A DNA stretch of 61,654 nt, the filler included, from Asterionella formosa (Eukaryota): assembly GCA_002256025.1 (NCBI GenBank). It is 13 parts of 13 records of this genome, joined end to end, with 100 filler letters (N's around TTAATTAATTAA, not from the genome) between each part and the next. Parts side by side here need not be neighbours in the genome. Positions count along the whole stretch, not along the records: positions 9,536 to 14,197 come from NKIB01013419.1; positions 14,298 to 18,954 come from NKIB01013420.1; positions 19,055 to 23,709 come from NKIB01013422.1; 10 more parts are not named here. One strand, written 5' to 3'. Of the stretch, positions 10,491 through 23,809 are shown in pieces. The notes under the pieces are model-generated. The model was not told the origin of the DNA and ran no database searches. It saw nothing but the letters and a program-made list of their open reading frames with translations. Made by a program: the position numbers and the translations under genes. How positions within the stretch are numbered: position 1 is the stretch's first letter; each line of letters starts with the position of its first letter.

Positions 10491-12697
10491 AAAACTTGTG
10501 ATGAATGTCAATCGATTGAGCAATTTCTTATTTTGTTGTACTAGTGTGATGGTAAACATTACATAATACATACATCTATAGATGTATATCAATATTGTAT
10601 TTATACTTACAATATTCTCAATGTTAGAAATCTGTCTGTTTTCAGACTATCATTGATTTTGCCTTGGCTGTTACAGTGTTGCAATCAGAGCAACAGATAA
10701 TGATGAACATAAAATGCATTAATTTTGCTGGTACATCATCCTATGATGAAACTTAACGACATGAACATCATGAAAGTTGCTAAATATAATAATTGAATAG
10801 GCATAGTCGAAACGGTCACTATTTTAATTTATGACTTTAATTATCGTACTTTTTAGAATATATATTAAAATAATATGACCAGATAATCATCAGGCCATCA
10901 CAGGATGATGCATCTTATGAATATGATGTTTTTTATTTTCAGACTTTATTCTAGTGCTTTGGGTGTGAAATCAATGTTTTCGAACGTGATTTAAGTTTCC
11001 ACATAAATTCGTCTGCGTCCCAAAAATCGACCATGTTTCTGAATGTGACTGAAAATAATTTTAATTTCGGAAATTCAGAACCTGGAAGACTCAAGTTTAC
11101 GACATGACAAGGAATGATTTTTGGTAAAGAGTCACAGGAAATTTTAGTTATGAGTCAGTTTCCGCAGCGGGGAGCAATGATGGCTTTATACTAGACCTAA
11201 TTAAATTTTATTAGTTCTACATCGCAAATTTTTCTAATATATATTAATAAAAGGCTATTTATGATATGTAAATGTGCAGGTACAACTATGTCCTCTTGTA
11301 ATTGATTGGTATCATGTCTACTCTCTTCATCTTGTTATAGTTATTGCAATGCAGTCGTTGCAGCACCTGGATCCAAGAGGGTGCGACCAAACTTTTCATA
11401 ACAATGAAATCATGTTGTTTTATCATGAATATCTGCTTTTTCATGCGAATGACCACCGCAAAGAGCATGAATGCTATAAACAAATCCAGGGAAGTTATGT
11501 GCCGATTACCTTTGTATCTCCTTCACTATGCATCTTTTATGAGTAGCACAAACTATTTCTTCATTGTCTGACATGATATTTTGATGTGGCGGAGGGTCGC
11601 TTCTATAGGCAAGTATATTGTTGATTGTTGTGACTTGTTCTCAATTGATGTTCATACTAATTCAGTCGGAACCCCTACTTATCCTAAGTTTCAAAAGAAA
11701 TTGACATGAGTTCTCAGGGTATTCACAGCGCTTTATGTTTAATCCTCCTTGCATGCAGCCGGTGGTACTATTCTCACGATGTGTATTGGCTTTCTACCGA
11801 TGAGGACGATACTGTGGCTAGATTGGCTAATTAGGATTTTTTGTTAAAAAAGAATTAACAGCAAAAACTGGAAGTAGCAATTTTAGACGTTTGCACAATG
11901 TCTTCTGTGCCATGTGTGTGTATTGGAAAGCAAAGTAGGGGAGTTGATATCAATTCATCACTCTTCATAGTTTATTATAAATTTGGAATGTGCTGCCTAT
12001 GACAAGACCATACAAATAACTCGTATCATTCCACTATATGCCACACTGTGCACTCAATCTTTTAATATATATGTAGGTAAACGTCCTCTTGCTTGAATTG
12101 ATCATCAATGCAGCAGTCAAACCTCATCAAATATATGGAAGCTACTTTGATACCATTTCTCTGAACAAGCCAACGCCACCAGACTAGATTTGCCAGTGCA
12201 GGAGCGATGCCAAATAGCACAGAATTCGGTGAATTCACAATGGCCATCAAAGCGGTTCAATTCACTTGATGATTAGTCAAAGAAATGATTATTGAAATAT
12301 TGTACTGTATTATTATTGGAACTAAATGTATGGCATCATCAAGACGAAGACATGTTACTAATTTGTCTTCATCAACCCCTAGTTGCACATTCCGGTGATA
12401 CTTGATGCAGGAGTGGCAAAAATAAAAGAGGCAACAGCTGAGCCAAGAAGGCGAGCAGACTGACTGGTTCTTCTTGATTTTCCAACTGCTGCTGGAAAAC
12501 TTGAGCTTCCGTAGCTAAAGCTCAATTTGAATTTGTTCTAAATCAAGGGGCTTCTCCTGAAGATTCAGAAGTTTTTTGTCTAAGCAACTCATGCTTCACT
12601 CTGCCACAATTCAGTTTTTGTTGAGGAAATGTAGATGATCAAATAACTTGAATAGCCTTCCGGTTCGGTTTGCCATAAATGGTTGCCTTTAACGATT

Positions 12698-12867
12698 CTG
12701 ATTCTTTGTTGTTTATTGGTAGATGTTTGGACAAGCATTGTTTCAATTGATTTTCAAATTTCTTGCAACCCAATGGACAAATCTGATTCTTTGTTGTTTA
12801 TTGGTAGATGTTTGGACAAGCATTGTTTCAATTGATTTTCAAATTTCTTGCAACCCATTGGACAAAT
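12698..12867. repeat. Tandem duplication, 2 x 85 bp
   Basis: ctgattctttgttg...ggacaaat at 12698 and 12783, with one mismatch. Confidence 0.95.
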
Positions 12868-15349
12868 CATAAAAAGCCGTATAAAAACATGTATAGGACA
12901 ATCTATCCCAACTTTCGAACAGAAACAACAATTGTGGTAAGGGCTGCTGACTGTCTTATTCCTTCCCCACCCTGAATGTAAATTCGACTAATAGACTTGC
13001 TCTCTCCAACCCTGCATGGAGCAAAATGCGCTTGGCAGTGTCATGAGCAGATAGTCGCCATTCTTGCACCATGTGACCATTTTTGTTGGCAATTAAACAA
13101 GTTGCAATGATGATAACTGCTGTTGAGGCATCCCTCCTCCAAAATTCGTTTCCGTTGTTGCCATTAGAGATAAAAATGGTGTCGTTGTTGATTAATTTAA
13201 TTACATGACATAATAAATTTATAAAATTAGTGTTGCTTAACGCTGTATCTGCAGCAATACACACAGATACACATTTCGAAGCAACAAATAATGTGTTGCC
13301 AGAAGCAACCTACCACCTGGATGTTGGAGATACAAAAAATTGGGCTGAGCAACAACACTTTTTAAATTTTTGTATCTCTGTCAAGACCTGCCCTTTTAGT
13401 CTACTAGCAGTACCGGTAGTTACATTATGCATTTGAATCATACGATCGTACAAAATTGAATGCTGTTCATACATCATGTTTTTGGTGAGAAAAGCAAGTC
13501 TGCCCAAAAAGCCGCTGCTGAGCGACAGGGCCGGAGAAAATATACCTGTTACAGCCAAGCTAGCTAGAGAGGGGAATAAACGTGAGCGTGGAAAAAAGGG
13601 GAGAATTTCTCCCCCAAAATGTAGGAGAATCTCGTACATTCTCCTTATTTTTCCACGCTTGTTCTGTGATGTTCATGTCATGGAGAAGCAACATAAAAAT
13701 GCGACAAAGTGATTGGCGAATTTAATCGCAATGTCGTTTATGTTCCTGAATATGTATTATATGATGTATATAGATAGTTTTATTATGGACAGATCAGCGA
13801 GGCGAGCCGTTTCTTTTGCCCCATCGTGTTTTTCCTTTGAGAAAGTAAAACTTCAAACATAAAAATCAATCTTCTGTAATCAAATAATGTAAGTCGAAAA
13901 GGGAAAGGGAAACGGAAAGGAACAACAAAAGTGGTGGAGGAGTATCAAAAGGAAACATTCAGAAGGGGGACGCTTCCAGGATGCATTCACATGCGTGGTC
14001 GCTTGGATTCATTGATGGCGCGCCTTTTTCCAAATCCATTCGTCCTGTGGCCGGCCTCTTTTCAAAATCTTCATTGGCTTCTGAATTATTGTCGCGTATC
14101 GCTCATTTCTCACGCAGCTGCCATGTCCACCTTGCCAATCCTTACAGATATATCTTCACAATTAATCTACCATGTCAAAGTCAGTTACTGATTTCGANNN
14201 NNNNNNNNNNNNNNNNNNNNNNNNNNNNNNNNNNNNNNNNNTTAATTAATTAANNNNNNNNNNNNNNNNNNNNNNNNNNNNNNNNNNNNNNNNNNNNACT
14301 TTTGCTTTGAGCCACCCCTCTATTGCCCTGGTCATTGTTGTGTTTTGATTTTTCCCTGATTTTAAGAATAAAATAAGAATAAAACCTATGTCACCAAGAG
14401 GTGATCATAGCTAGATGATTTGAAAGAGTGAATTGATGATATCATCTATGTATTCAAACGCCTGTCCTGCGTCACGTCATCAATTTCAGCAAAATGATGA
14501 CCGTAACTTGCAGCTATATATCTGTTACTAGGAGTACCGGTACCACCAGGGTACCAGGACACCACTGTTAAATTGTGCCTGGTACATGGTACCAGGTACC
14601 AGGTACCGGCGTTTGTTGTGTTGTGATGCTTGCAATGTGCTGGACGGCTGCTGACCATAAGCACCAAGAGGACGACTCAATACATAGGGTATACATTAAT
14701 AAATATATAATGCGGGTATTTAGCAAAACATTTCACATGTATTTGGGACCGGAAGAGTTGTCGATTAATTTTATACAGATATCATAGTAGTAGTAGTAGT
14801 GAGTACAGCTAGCTTGTGTATCGGTACAGCGTAAGTGTAGTGACGAAAATTTCGCAGTATCAATATTTGAGGGCTAAGTATCAATAATTCGAACAAGACT
14901 TGCTCTGACAATTGCTACAGAGGTGTGGCATGTGACTTCGGCAGAATCTAATACTTAGCGCCCCGCCTCCTTTCCCGCCATTTCAACTCACTATTGAGGT
15001 CCCCGGTCCGGTCATTTAACGGCAAATATACGATAATTAAGGAAAGCATCCGTTACAACGTCTCCGTTGACCTGTACTATTCATTGAATTCATCGTGTCG
15101 TTTCCAGTTGCCAAATTTGGTTAAGGCTGAAATTTTAATCTAGATTGCATCTATTAATTTGATGCAAGTACTGAAAGGTATCCAAGATCCATCCCAAGAA
15201 CCAGTTCACTTCTTAAAAGTATTAACACCTGCTTTTGCAACAGAACTATATTCTTGATAGATATCCCGACGGCGGTGCTGTCAATCTTGATCAGCTTCGA
15301 TTGCTATTGATACGTACAAGGCATTGTGGACATGCCACTGCGAGTCAAA

Positions 15350-16900
15350 ATGATGCGTGCACAATGGAAGCTATTACTGCTTCTGCAATTTATTCTTTCC
15401 GGCGCAAATGGCCAAATCGATGGCGTCTGCTCTTGTTCTCCTTCTACATTTGTATTCACTTTCAACTTCTCCCTATCATGTCCTCCCGTTCGCATTTCCC
15501 AAAACGGGGGCATTCAAGAGAGTATATGCACCATTCAAGCAGAAACTAACGCGACCGACTTTGTCCCAGTCACTGTAACGAATGTTAAAGTTTACGAGTG
15601 GGACCAAAATTCTCTCCCTTTCCAACCTACGGCTGTCCTTGGAGAATTTATCGATGGTGATTCGTTTCCATACATCAGCTTATCTACAAAGGAAGTTACT
15701 TCCATTGCTCAAATTCCAACAGCCATCCAAGTGAGTGCGACAGGAACAAATGCTGAAGGGGGGAATTTATTGTATTCCTGGGTTACACAATATACCAACG
15801 TCTGTGACGTATATCCCGTCATTTTCCCTTCGGACTCTGCGGCATGGCTTGTTGTGGTAAGTCTTTTTTCTATAGAAATGATACAATAGTGAAATCAAAC
15901 TGCCCATGGTTCTTGATTTCAAAGCAAAAGTACTGATTGTCCTAATTCTACTGCTCCTTCGATTTAGACCAAGACCACGCCTCCTCCTCCACAGTTGTGC
16001 CCCCTTCAATCAGATTCTCCCTTGACCATTACTCCTTTCTCCGTAGCCCCATACTCTGTTAGTCCTATCACAACGGCTCCAGTCACAAATGCACCAGTCA
16101 CGAGTGGAGGCACCGATTCCCCCTCTATACCCGCACCATTTACTATGACTCCTTTGCCATCCCCTCCTGTTACTATCGCTCCAGTCACTGAGGCCCCTAT
16201 TTCGGTCCCCACTACAATCGCTCCTGTCACCGCCGCTCCTGTCACGGCTACCGATTCTCCTTCTACAACCACTCCCTTCACCACCGCTCCAACCTACGGT
16301 ACCAATTCCCCCTCCACACCTGCTCCAATCACCGAGTCCCCAGTTTCAATCCCCTCTCCCATCACTGTTGCTCCTATTTCTACAACCACACCAATCACCA
16401 AGCCTCCCGTTTCTCCCCCCTCTCCTGTCGCAACTACTGCGCCAATAACGGAGTCACCGATTGAACCAACAGCTACGGCAACACCCAAGCCTCCAAATTC
16501 GTTAGAACCCACTTTCATGAGTATGAGCCTGAGCATGGTGTACGTGGACATGATGGACCCAGAGGACTCAGAATTTGGCAGACCAAAGGCTCCCAAGGCA
16601 TCGAAGGGTTCAAGGGAAAAAGCTCCTAAGGAGTCGAAGGGCTCAAAGAAAAAAGCACCTAAGACATCTAAGGCCTCAAAGAAAAAAGCACCGAAGGCAT
16701 CGAAGGCCTCAAAGAAAAAGGCTCCTAAAAAATCGAAGGGTAATAAGTCAACGAGCTCAGAGAAAAAGGGTCCAAAGGAACAGAAAGCACCAAAGGCACA
16801 CAAGGCAACGAAGTCACCAGTGGAACCCAAAGCAAGGAAGACGTCCAAACCCAAGAATCTGCCAAAAGTCAGGACTCTTCGAAAGCGTGTATCGCTCTAA
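15350..16900 (+). CDS. Secreted protein: Cys-containing globular domain + Pro/Thr/Ser-rich stalk + KxxK lysine-rich tail (silaffin/cell-wall-like); exons 15350-15856 and 15968-16900
   Basis: Signal peptide MMRAQWKLLLLLQFILSGANG. A phase-0 intron (GTAAGT at 15857 to TTTAG at 15967) joins the two track ORFs in frame. Contains TxAP repeats, FMSMSLSM, KAPKxSKxSK repeats and a terminal RTL. Confidence 0.85.
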
Positions 16901-17199
16901 AGAGGGATATGCCGAAAAAAGAGTGAAGTGGCGACACATGCTTTCGAATCCTCGTGGTAGAAAGTGGTGGCGATTTTAATCTCTCATCTCACAAAAATCT
17001 GTTTTCAATTTAAAACTCTTTGTTTTCCTATTGATGCAGGGGAACACAACTGTAGACTGTATAAGGAGTAAATGTGCTTGTGCTGTACGTCATATGGCAA
17101 TGGATCTATGATTAGGCAGGAATGTAAAACTCATAATAATCATAATAACTCAAGATTCATTCATTTTTGCTGAGAAAAACTGTGCCTTCCTAAAATTAC

Positions 17200-18909
17200 T
17201 ACTCCCTTTGGTTCCAAATAGTTATGGTGATTCTAAAAATTACTCTGGGGCAATTTTGATTCCTTCTCTTTTCTCCAGTGGTTCATTTGCCCAAATGTGC
17301 AAATGTGCGCCATTCATAAAGCAATCGATCTATGTATACTATAAATATAGTTAATTAAAATTGGCAACTAATACATACATTTGAAAAAACTGGCTTCTTC
17401 GATTTTCACTTTTGCTCATCTTGAGCAAAATGCAGATGCCTAACCCCCACCCTTTCTTGCCATAACTTAATCTTAACAAGCGTAGGAAGAGGGGTTTGTC
17501 AGTAGAGGGACATCACATGATTCTCGATTATGATTTACAGAAGCTCAAAAGAGATGCAACAGAAGTGACAAAATAGATGGTCAGCTTACTTTGCTGCCAG
17601 TAACCATCAAATTCTTGGCGCATAGATTAGCTGTTAATAATAGTACCATGCAATGTATATGGAATCATACACTCCCTTTTAAAATATAGAGTATAGTGAC
17701 AAATTTCCCTTGCTTCCCTGTAAATACGGGTCCGGTCAATATCGAAAATATAATCATGATAAGGTGATTGCAGTTATAAAGAAGGAAATTATTCTCCATA
17801 AGCGCACTACATATTGTTAGCTGGCCTCATCACTTAATTTGCCAAAATAAACTGTATATTCAATTGCAAAAGACAGTTGACTGCGGGATGTGATACAACC
17901 TAATACAAATGCTGATGTTCTGAAGTTGACAGAGGAATCCAAGATTACTCGGTTTCTATATTGCGTTATCCATCTACAGATGAATCACCCAGAACAACTT
18001 CACCCTTCACCCAAAGTGGCTTTTGATCAGGAAAGTTTAGGTTTTATGACCTCTTTTTTGATTAGGTTCATGTTGATTAAAATGGTTCCATGTTAACGAG
18101 GTCAAACAGTGATTCTACTTGACTGAGGGAGCAAGGGTACCCATTCGTAGAACTAAAAACAAGGATCACACTGAAAAGGTGATGTATCTCTCTGCTATCA
18201 TGCATTGCTTGCCCCAGATACGACGAAAATCAAGTGTGAGCATTCAGTAGCAAGATTGGTCTATGGCCCTTCATTCAGCTGACTCCAGCGCTTAGGAATT
18301 TGATAAACACATCAGCAGGGACAATGATAACAACAACGAATCTACAGGTTGTTACAAAGGAGAGCTACACATACATGATCATCAACAATGTGATACCAGC
18401 GATTTGGGAGAAGTGGTTGGCTGGTGTGAACAGATCTGAGACAATATACATCCAACATGAGAACACAAGCACTCATTTCGGACGCAATTATGTTCCCTTT
18501 CTAGACACAGCAACTTTGGATGGATGGACTTAAAAGTTAACAGGGCAACTGGCAAACGCAGCAGACATGAATATCAATGATTTCAGTTTTTTTCGGGCAC
18601 TCCAGAGCGGCCAAGCAATGCGATTCAGTGGAGGACTAATCACGATGTGGATGGGTTGGTGGAGAAAGTGATGGCATTATAGGAATCTTTTGAACGGATG
18701 AAATTAAATTGTTTGTAATTCTTACTTTTCATGGAATTCTTGAGGAGGTGATAAACAGACATGGATACAACGATTATGACTTACCGCAAATGGGGAAAGC
18801 AGCACTAGAGAGACAAAGAATACTACCAGAGCGACTAGAAGCAATTGAGGAGGCGATTGAATTGGTAAGGACTTTCTTAGGTGACTTAGATGGAGAAGAT
18901 ATGGACTAG
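17200..18909 (+). mobile_element. Decayed mariner (DD39D, plant/stramenopile-type) transposon
   Basis: TA + CTCCCTTTGGTTCCAAAT left-TIR-like end at 17200-17220. Broken transposase motifs: VHVD..WF, KVMYLSA, KIGLWPF, NVIPAIWEKW, IYIQHEN, ADMNINDFSFFRALQS, GYNDYDLPQMGKAALER. Confidence 0.8.
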
Positions 18910-19056
18910 GGGTTGATCGGAATGTCAGTTGGAATTTAGAGTTGGGGGGCAGGGNNNNNNNNNNNNNNNNNNNNNNNNNNNNNNNNNNNNNNNNNNNNTT
19001 AATTAATTAANNNNNNNNNNNNNNNNNNNNNNNNNNNNNNNNNNNNNNNNNNNNCT

Positions 19057-20988
19057 GTCTTTCCTTTTCAAACATTTCGGGACAATAGTGATTTCATACC
19101 AGACCATTGGCTGTGTCAGCCCTGCGATCCACGGAAGGGACCCAACACCTTTTCTCCTGTCACAGCTGGGCAATTAGGGTTATCAACACGCCGTAAAAGT
19201 GAATTAGTGCCTATCTCCGAGGACGAGACACTGCTCGACGGAGCACTCATAGCTCCTCCAGCACCACAAGAAGACGTAGACAACCATCTACCATTTAAGT
19301 TCACTCAAGAAGAGGAAGACGCCATGGAGGACACAAATCCTGATGCCGCTCAGTCCTTGCATCAATATGTGATTGGCAGCCGTGCCGAAGCAGTGGCAGC
19401 TGCATTTGTCTTCACGAGAAGTTTCGGGACAGACATTTATCAGCCAAAACACGAACAAGGATTGGCAAGACCGCCACCCCAAGAACGATCTTGTTTAGGG
19501 CACAAGGAAGTTATTTATGGATTACATTTCTCGGATTGTGGACAATTCATGGCCACAGCAAGCCAAGATGCAACCATTCGAATTTGGAGATCTGACAATA
19601 ACACACTTGTAAGTACGCTGGAAGGCCACGACAAGACATCGGAATGTTTGCGAGTGGCTTGGGCATCGCAGAAGTGGTGCAACTTAGATGATAGATTCCA
19701 ATACATACTTGCATCTGGTGGGGCGAATGGGATTGTCAAAATTTGGGCGACAAGTGATGTTTGCTCGGATTCGTGGTCATGCGTCTGTACAATAGATCAT
19801 GCTGCACTACAAGGGCGAACTATGCACCAGAGTTCATCCGAAGCGGCAGATCCACCCCAGGTGTATGCCCTCCAATTCATCGACAATTGGCAGGGTCTCG
19901 CCGGAAACGGTGGATCTATTAAAAACAGCTTTCTCATGACATCTTCTGACGACTTCATCCACCTGTGGGAAATCGATACTCTGCCATCCAAGCAGTCAAT
20001 GCAGTTGAAGCTTACTGAAGTCATGAGTATCAGATTTACGTGTTTGGATCACTTTGGTTATGGGGTGTCAGTTTCAAGAGTGACTTCTCATGGTATTAAC
20101 GTTCCTTCAGCGGATAAGACTAACGCTGCAGAGGGAGGAGAGGAAGTCGACCCCGTTGACACGAAACCTCAGCCATTTGGGGGCGAGAGAAATCCAAACA
20201 ACTTGATTTTTGTCTTTGACGCTTCGTATTGCGAAGAAAATGGCTTACTAGGTGTTGCTTTATCGGATGGATCACTTCGCCTTGTGAACGGCCGAGGTGT
20301 ATGTGTGTCGATTCTTCAACTGCCTGGGTGTCAATCGCATCTAACCTCGTTTTCGTGGGATGAAACAGGCTTGCGATTAGCTTCCTGTGTCGCGACTGGT
20401 CATTTGATTCTGTGGTCTCTCAATATGGGTGACGGACATGGGAGAGTAATTCCGTCTTGCACGGCAGTCTTGGAAGGAGGCCACGAACCTGGTCGGCCAT
20501 TGTTTGGGTCGAGGTATTGCGGTGTAAGCGACGAAGATTTGGTGGTTTCTTGGGGAGTTGATGGAAAGTTATGTCTCTGGGATTCGCACTCAAAGGGCAA
20601 TATTCATGCTCCCATCTCCACGCTTATTACGAAACCAGAGTATCCAATCTATGCTGTTGACATTGCAAAGAATATAAAGGAGGACTCTGATTTAGTATGT
20701 CGTGTAGGCGTCGGTGGGGGCAGGGAAGAGCTGTTCATTGGTATCCCCGTATTTATGTACGATGTGACTCAAGACAAGCGAGGTATCAAGAGGGCTTCAA
20801 ATGTCAAAGATGGGGAAGAATTGTCATCGGATGACGAAGGGACGGGTGATGTTCCTGTTTTCTCTGGGGAAAGAGCGTCAACATTGCAGAATGAGACTGG
20901 TGCGACAACGAATAGGGTTATCCCGGCGAGCAAACAGAAAATCGAGGAGTCATTGTTGTCTCAACTTTTGGACACGGAAGAAAACTAG
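19057..20988 (+). CDS. WD40-repeat protein, 5' partial
   Basis: The frame is open back to the contig edge. WD40 motifs: GHKEVIYGLHFSDCGQFMATASQDATIRIW, LEGHDK, LASGGANGIVKIW, SWGVDGKLCLWD. Confidence 0.85.
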   Translation, partial: VFPFQTFRDNSDFIPDHWLCQPCDPRKGPNTFSPVTAGQLGLSTRRKSELVPISEDETLLDGALIAPPAPQEDVDNHLPFKFTQEEEDAMEDTNPDAAQSLHQYVIGSRAEAVAAAFVFTRSFGTDIYQPKHEQGLARPPPQERSCLGHKEVIYGLHFSDCGQFMATASQDATIRIWRSDNNTLVSTLEGHDKTSECLRVAWASQKWCNLDDRFQYILASGGANGIVKIWATSDVCSDSWSCVCTIDHAALQGRTMHQSSSEAADPPQVYALQFIDNWQGLAGNGGSIKNSFLMTSSDDFIHLWEIDTLPSKQSMQLKLTEVMSIRFTCLDHFGYGVSVSRVTSHGINVPSADKTNAAEGGEEVDPVDTKPQPFGGERNPNNLIFVFDASYCEENGLLGVALSDGSLRLVNGRGVCVSILQLPGCQSHLTSFSWDETGLRLASCVATGHLILWSLNMGDGHGRVIPSCTAVLEGGHEPGRPLFGSRYCGVSDEDLVVSWGVDGKLCLWDSHSKGNIHAPISTLITKPEYPIYAVDIAKNIKEDSDLVCRVGVGGGREELFIGIPVFMYDVTQDKRGIKRASNVKDGEELSSDDEGTGDVPVFSGERASTLQNETGATTNRVIPASKQKIEESLLSQLLDTEEN

Positions 20989-21371
20989 GAACTATTCTAG
21001 GCAATGGAATTAATATTTATCCCTACAGCGATATCGGCATTCAACTCAATGGCGAGTTTCAATTTTATTTGTTTTACATCAATTTGCGCTTAGCCTCATT
21101 CCTGCAGCCAGCGATCGATGTAGTCCGAAAAGAATTGAAAGCGTAGCTTCAAAATAACCCACCTGTGTTCATCCCTATCTTCTGTTGCTAGAAAATTTTC
21201 AAGTTTGCCTTCGCCATGCATTTTCCTTCAGATAGGTGATCTCATATATATATATTACAATGTTATGCTAAGGGCAACATGCAACCAGTACGACAATGGG
21301 TTCCGGACTATTCTGTGCAAGTAGAAGAATACTGTCGGGAACAATGTGCTAAAAATTCAAGTTGACGAACA

Positions 21372-23054
21372 TTATATGCGCACCTTTTTGAGGGCTATAG
21401 CGTCGATTTTCGCCTTGGCCTTCATTGCCTTCTTGCGAACGGTGTTAAGCTGCGCAAAAAGATTATCCGCACGCAGCATTCTTTGACGGGTCAGTTGCTT
21501 TTGTTTGTTGTTGGCAACATGATAAATCAGGTGCTTCGAAAACAGTTCGGGATCAAAACGTATTAAACGTTGCATGTTGCAGCCATTCTTGACACCTGTA
21601 AAATGTTGATATCCTCCAGACCAGAATTCCACATTGAATGATTCCTGACCATCATCAAAATATTTTGGAGGATCGAAGGGTGGCAGAAACCTTCCCATAC
21701 AAAGCTCTTGGTCCAGCCGAATAATTTGTTCTCTGGTAGCTAACCAGCCACCTTGTTGGGCAATCAAATCAGGTTGTCCGCCACTAGGCTTGGGAATGTC
21801 ACCGAATTCGCCATTTCGACCACTCCAATAACCTCCAATTTTTTCTTTGTTATCCAATTTCTTTCCAGGACCTGGTAACAAAATAACCCATTCTTCAGAA
21901 TTCGGTAGTTGACGCACACTCAGGCCCCTAATAGCAGTCTCCCAAATGACAATGTCCTCGGCGGCAGGGCGAATTGGTGTACCCAGGTTCGGACGCATGT
22001 TTGGAATGTGACAACATACGACAGGATTAATGTGCTTCTCCCCATTGTAGTCAAAATCCATCTCGATTGGTTCTAAATCTTTTTGGGCGCCCCATACCGT
22101 TTCATTGACCAATGCTTCTACGCGAATAAAGCCCGGTATCAAACGCTTCATCTGATCTTGTGTCATTTCCCCAAAGAACTTTGCCTTTTTGGGATCGTCA
22201 CTTTCGGGAACATCTGACAGACTTTTTGGTGCACGTTTCATCATTTGTTCCAACTCATGAGAGAAAAGAACAAAATTGTGCACATGCTCGCCAGTGAAGC
22301 GCATATCATCTTCCAGTGCCAAAAACAAATCGTAATTGTAAAGGTTGTCTCGAATTACATAACGATGTTGACGTGCCAAGGCACGAGTTGTCTCGACCAA
22401 CACATCCTTCCCCGAAAATTTCGCATCATAATCTAGTGGAATCGCGTCGTCCCATACCCGGAGGCTAACACTAGCCGGGAGTCGGTCCAATATCATTTTG
22501 TGCCGTTCCGGCTTTAGTGTATACCCCAAAATGAGGTAGACATCAACGCTGTAATTGAAGGGTGGCGATATCATTGTCTCTAACCCATCGATGAGCACAG
22601 GAATCAGTATTTCGCCTAGTCGATCCTGACCCTTGACAGTACTTCTGGTTCCGCTATTGTACTCTGCAAGAGCAGTAACAATATATAAAATCTTCGTGCT
22701 GGGTTCCATTTGATCTCGACTGCCGGTGGCATCGCCCGAGAGTAGGAATGCATCAGGCAACTGTTTATATAAAGTCAGCCTAATCATCAGGAGGGTTACA
22801 AGTAACTTCCAGAGAAGCCATAGAAAGATCAAACCAAACCTGACAAATGGTGGTAAAGTCCTGACTCCTGCGATTATCTTTCTCGCCACAGATGACTGAC
22901 TTTCTAACGTCGCCATTTTGCGTGTTAGATATCGTTTCAGCATGGAGGTGGACTTGGAACCTTCTTCGACAATTACGGTGCTACTGCATTCTGGTGCACT
23001 TTCACCGACCTCGATGACCAAATCTCTCCGCCGAAGCGACTTGAACGACTTCAT
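21372..23054 (-). CDS. Uncharacterised type II membrane protein, possible glycosyltransferase (GT-A-like EDD motif)
   Basis: 560-aa ORF with a single TM helix at about aa 70-95, YDLFLALEDDM (DxD-like) and a C-terminal LIYHVANNK. Confidence 0.75.
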   Translation of the reverse strand: MKSFKSLRRRDLVIEVGESAPECSSTVIVEEGSKSTSMLKRYLTRKMATLESQSSVARKIIAGVRTLPPFVRFGLIFLWLLWKLLVTLLMIRLTLYKQLPDAFLLSGDATGSRDQMEPSTKILYIVTALAEYNSGTRSTVKGQDRLGEILIPVLIDGLETMISPPFNYSVDVYLILGYTLKPERHKMILDRLPASVSLRVWDDAIPLDYDAKFSGKDVLVETTRALARQHRYVIRDNLYNYDLFLALEDDMRFTGEHVHNFVLFSHELEQMMKRAPKSLSDVPESDDPKKAKFFGEMTQDQMKRLIPGFIRVEALVNETVWGAQKDLEPIEMDFDYNGEKHINPVVCCHIPNMRPNLGTPIRPAAEDIVIWETAIRGLSVRQLPNSEEWVILLPGPGKKLDNKEKIGGYWSGRNGEFGDIPKPSGGQPDLIAQQGGWLATREQIIRLDQELCMGRFLPPFDPPKYFDDGQESFNVEFWSGGYQHFTGVKNGCNMQRLIRFDPELFSKHLIYHVANNKQKQLTRQRMLRADNLFAQLNTVRKKAMKAKAKIDAIALKKVRI

Positions 23055-23365
23055 TGTTGCTATATATGAACCTTTGCTTGTAAATTCCCCTCTGCTTGTT
23101 GTTATTTATAGAGAGTTTGAATGTAGATCATGTATGTACACATGCCCCCGAGTTTAGCTTTCATTGATGCTCGAGGTCGAACAGATCGAGGTATTCTGAA
23201 CAGGCAGTCGAGCAAGTGTGTTGGTTGGTGATAGCACTCCACAGGAATTATAATAAATTTCCTCCTCGTGACATGTACCGTACAATTGTTTCGGACATGA
23301 GCGGTAATGATAGGTACCTGGTACCATAGTTCTTCCTAAAAAAAGCCAGGTAGACATAGCACTGG

Positions 23366-23709
23366 TGAGTGATCCTGCGCAACGATACATGCGTATATAG
23401 GGTTAGGGTTATGTCAATTCTATCAGAACTCGAATAAGTGAGAACTCGATTAACAACTATTGAATACTTTCATATCAACTTAGTTGAGTTAGTTTGATAC
23501 AAATGATTAACTAATAAGCTCATATATTCAACAAATACTACTACTTCTAGTTAGATACTTCACTTTGAATTCAAAAAGAGTCAATTTAGAATTAACAATA
23601 TTGATTCTCTCTCAACTCCTAGTAGCAGCCAGTCCCATTGAGCTAGGATTACAGCATACTAAATATCAAGACTCGGACCTTTCTTTTATCCCTAACAGCT
23701 CAAAATTTG
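23366..23709 (+). mobile_element. Gypsy family 5' LTR (23366-23562) + primer-site region + degenerate gag start, cut by the contig end
   Basis: TGAG...TTCA termini. Homologous to the LTRs at 32029-32208 and 40116-40310. Followed by ctttgaattcaaaaagagtc and a decayed DYSILNIKTRTF that matches gag DYNVLTIMTKTF. Confidence 0.85.
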
Positions 23710-23809
23710 NNNNNNNNNNNNNNNNNNNNNNNNNNNNNNNNNNNNNNNNNNNNTTAATTAATTAANNNNNNNNNNNNNNNNNNNNNNNNNNNNNNNNNNN
23801 NNNNNNNNN

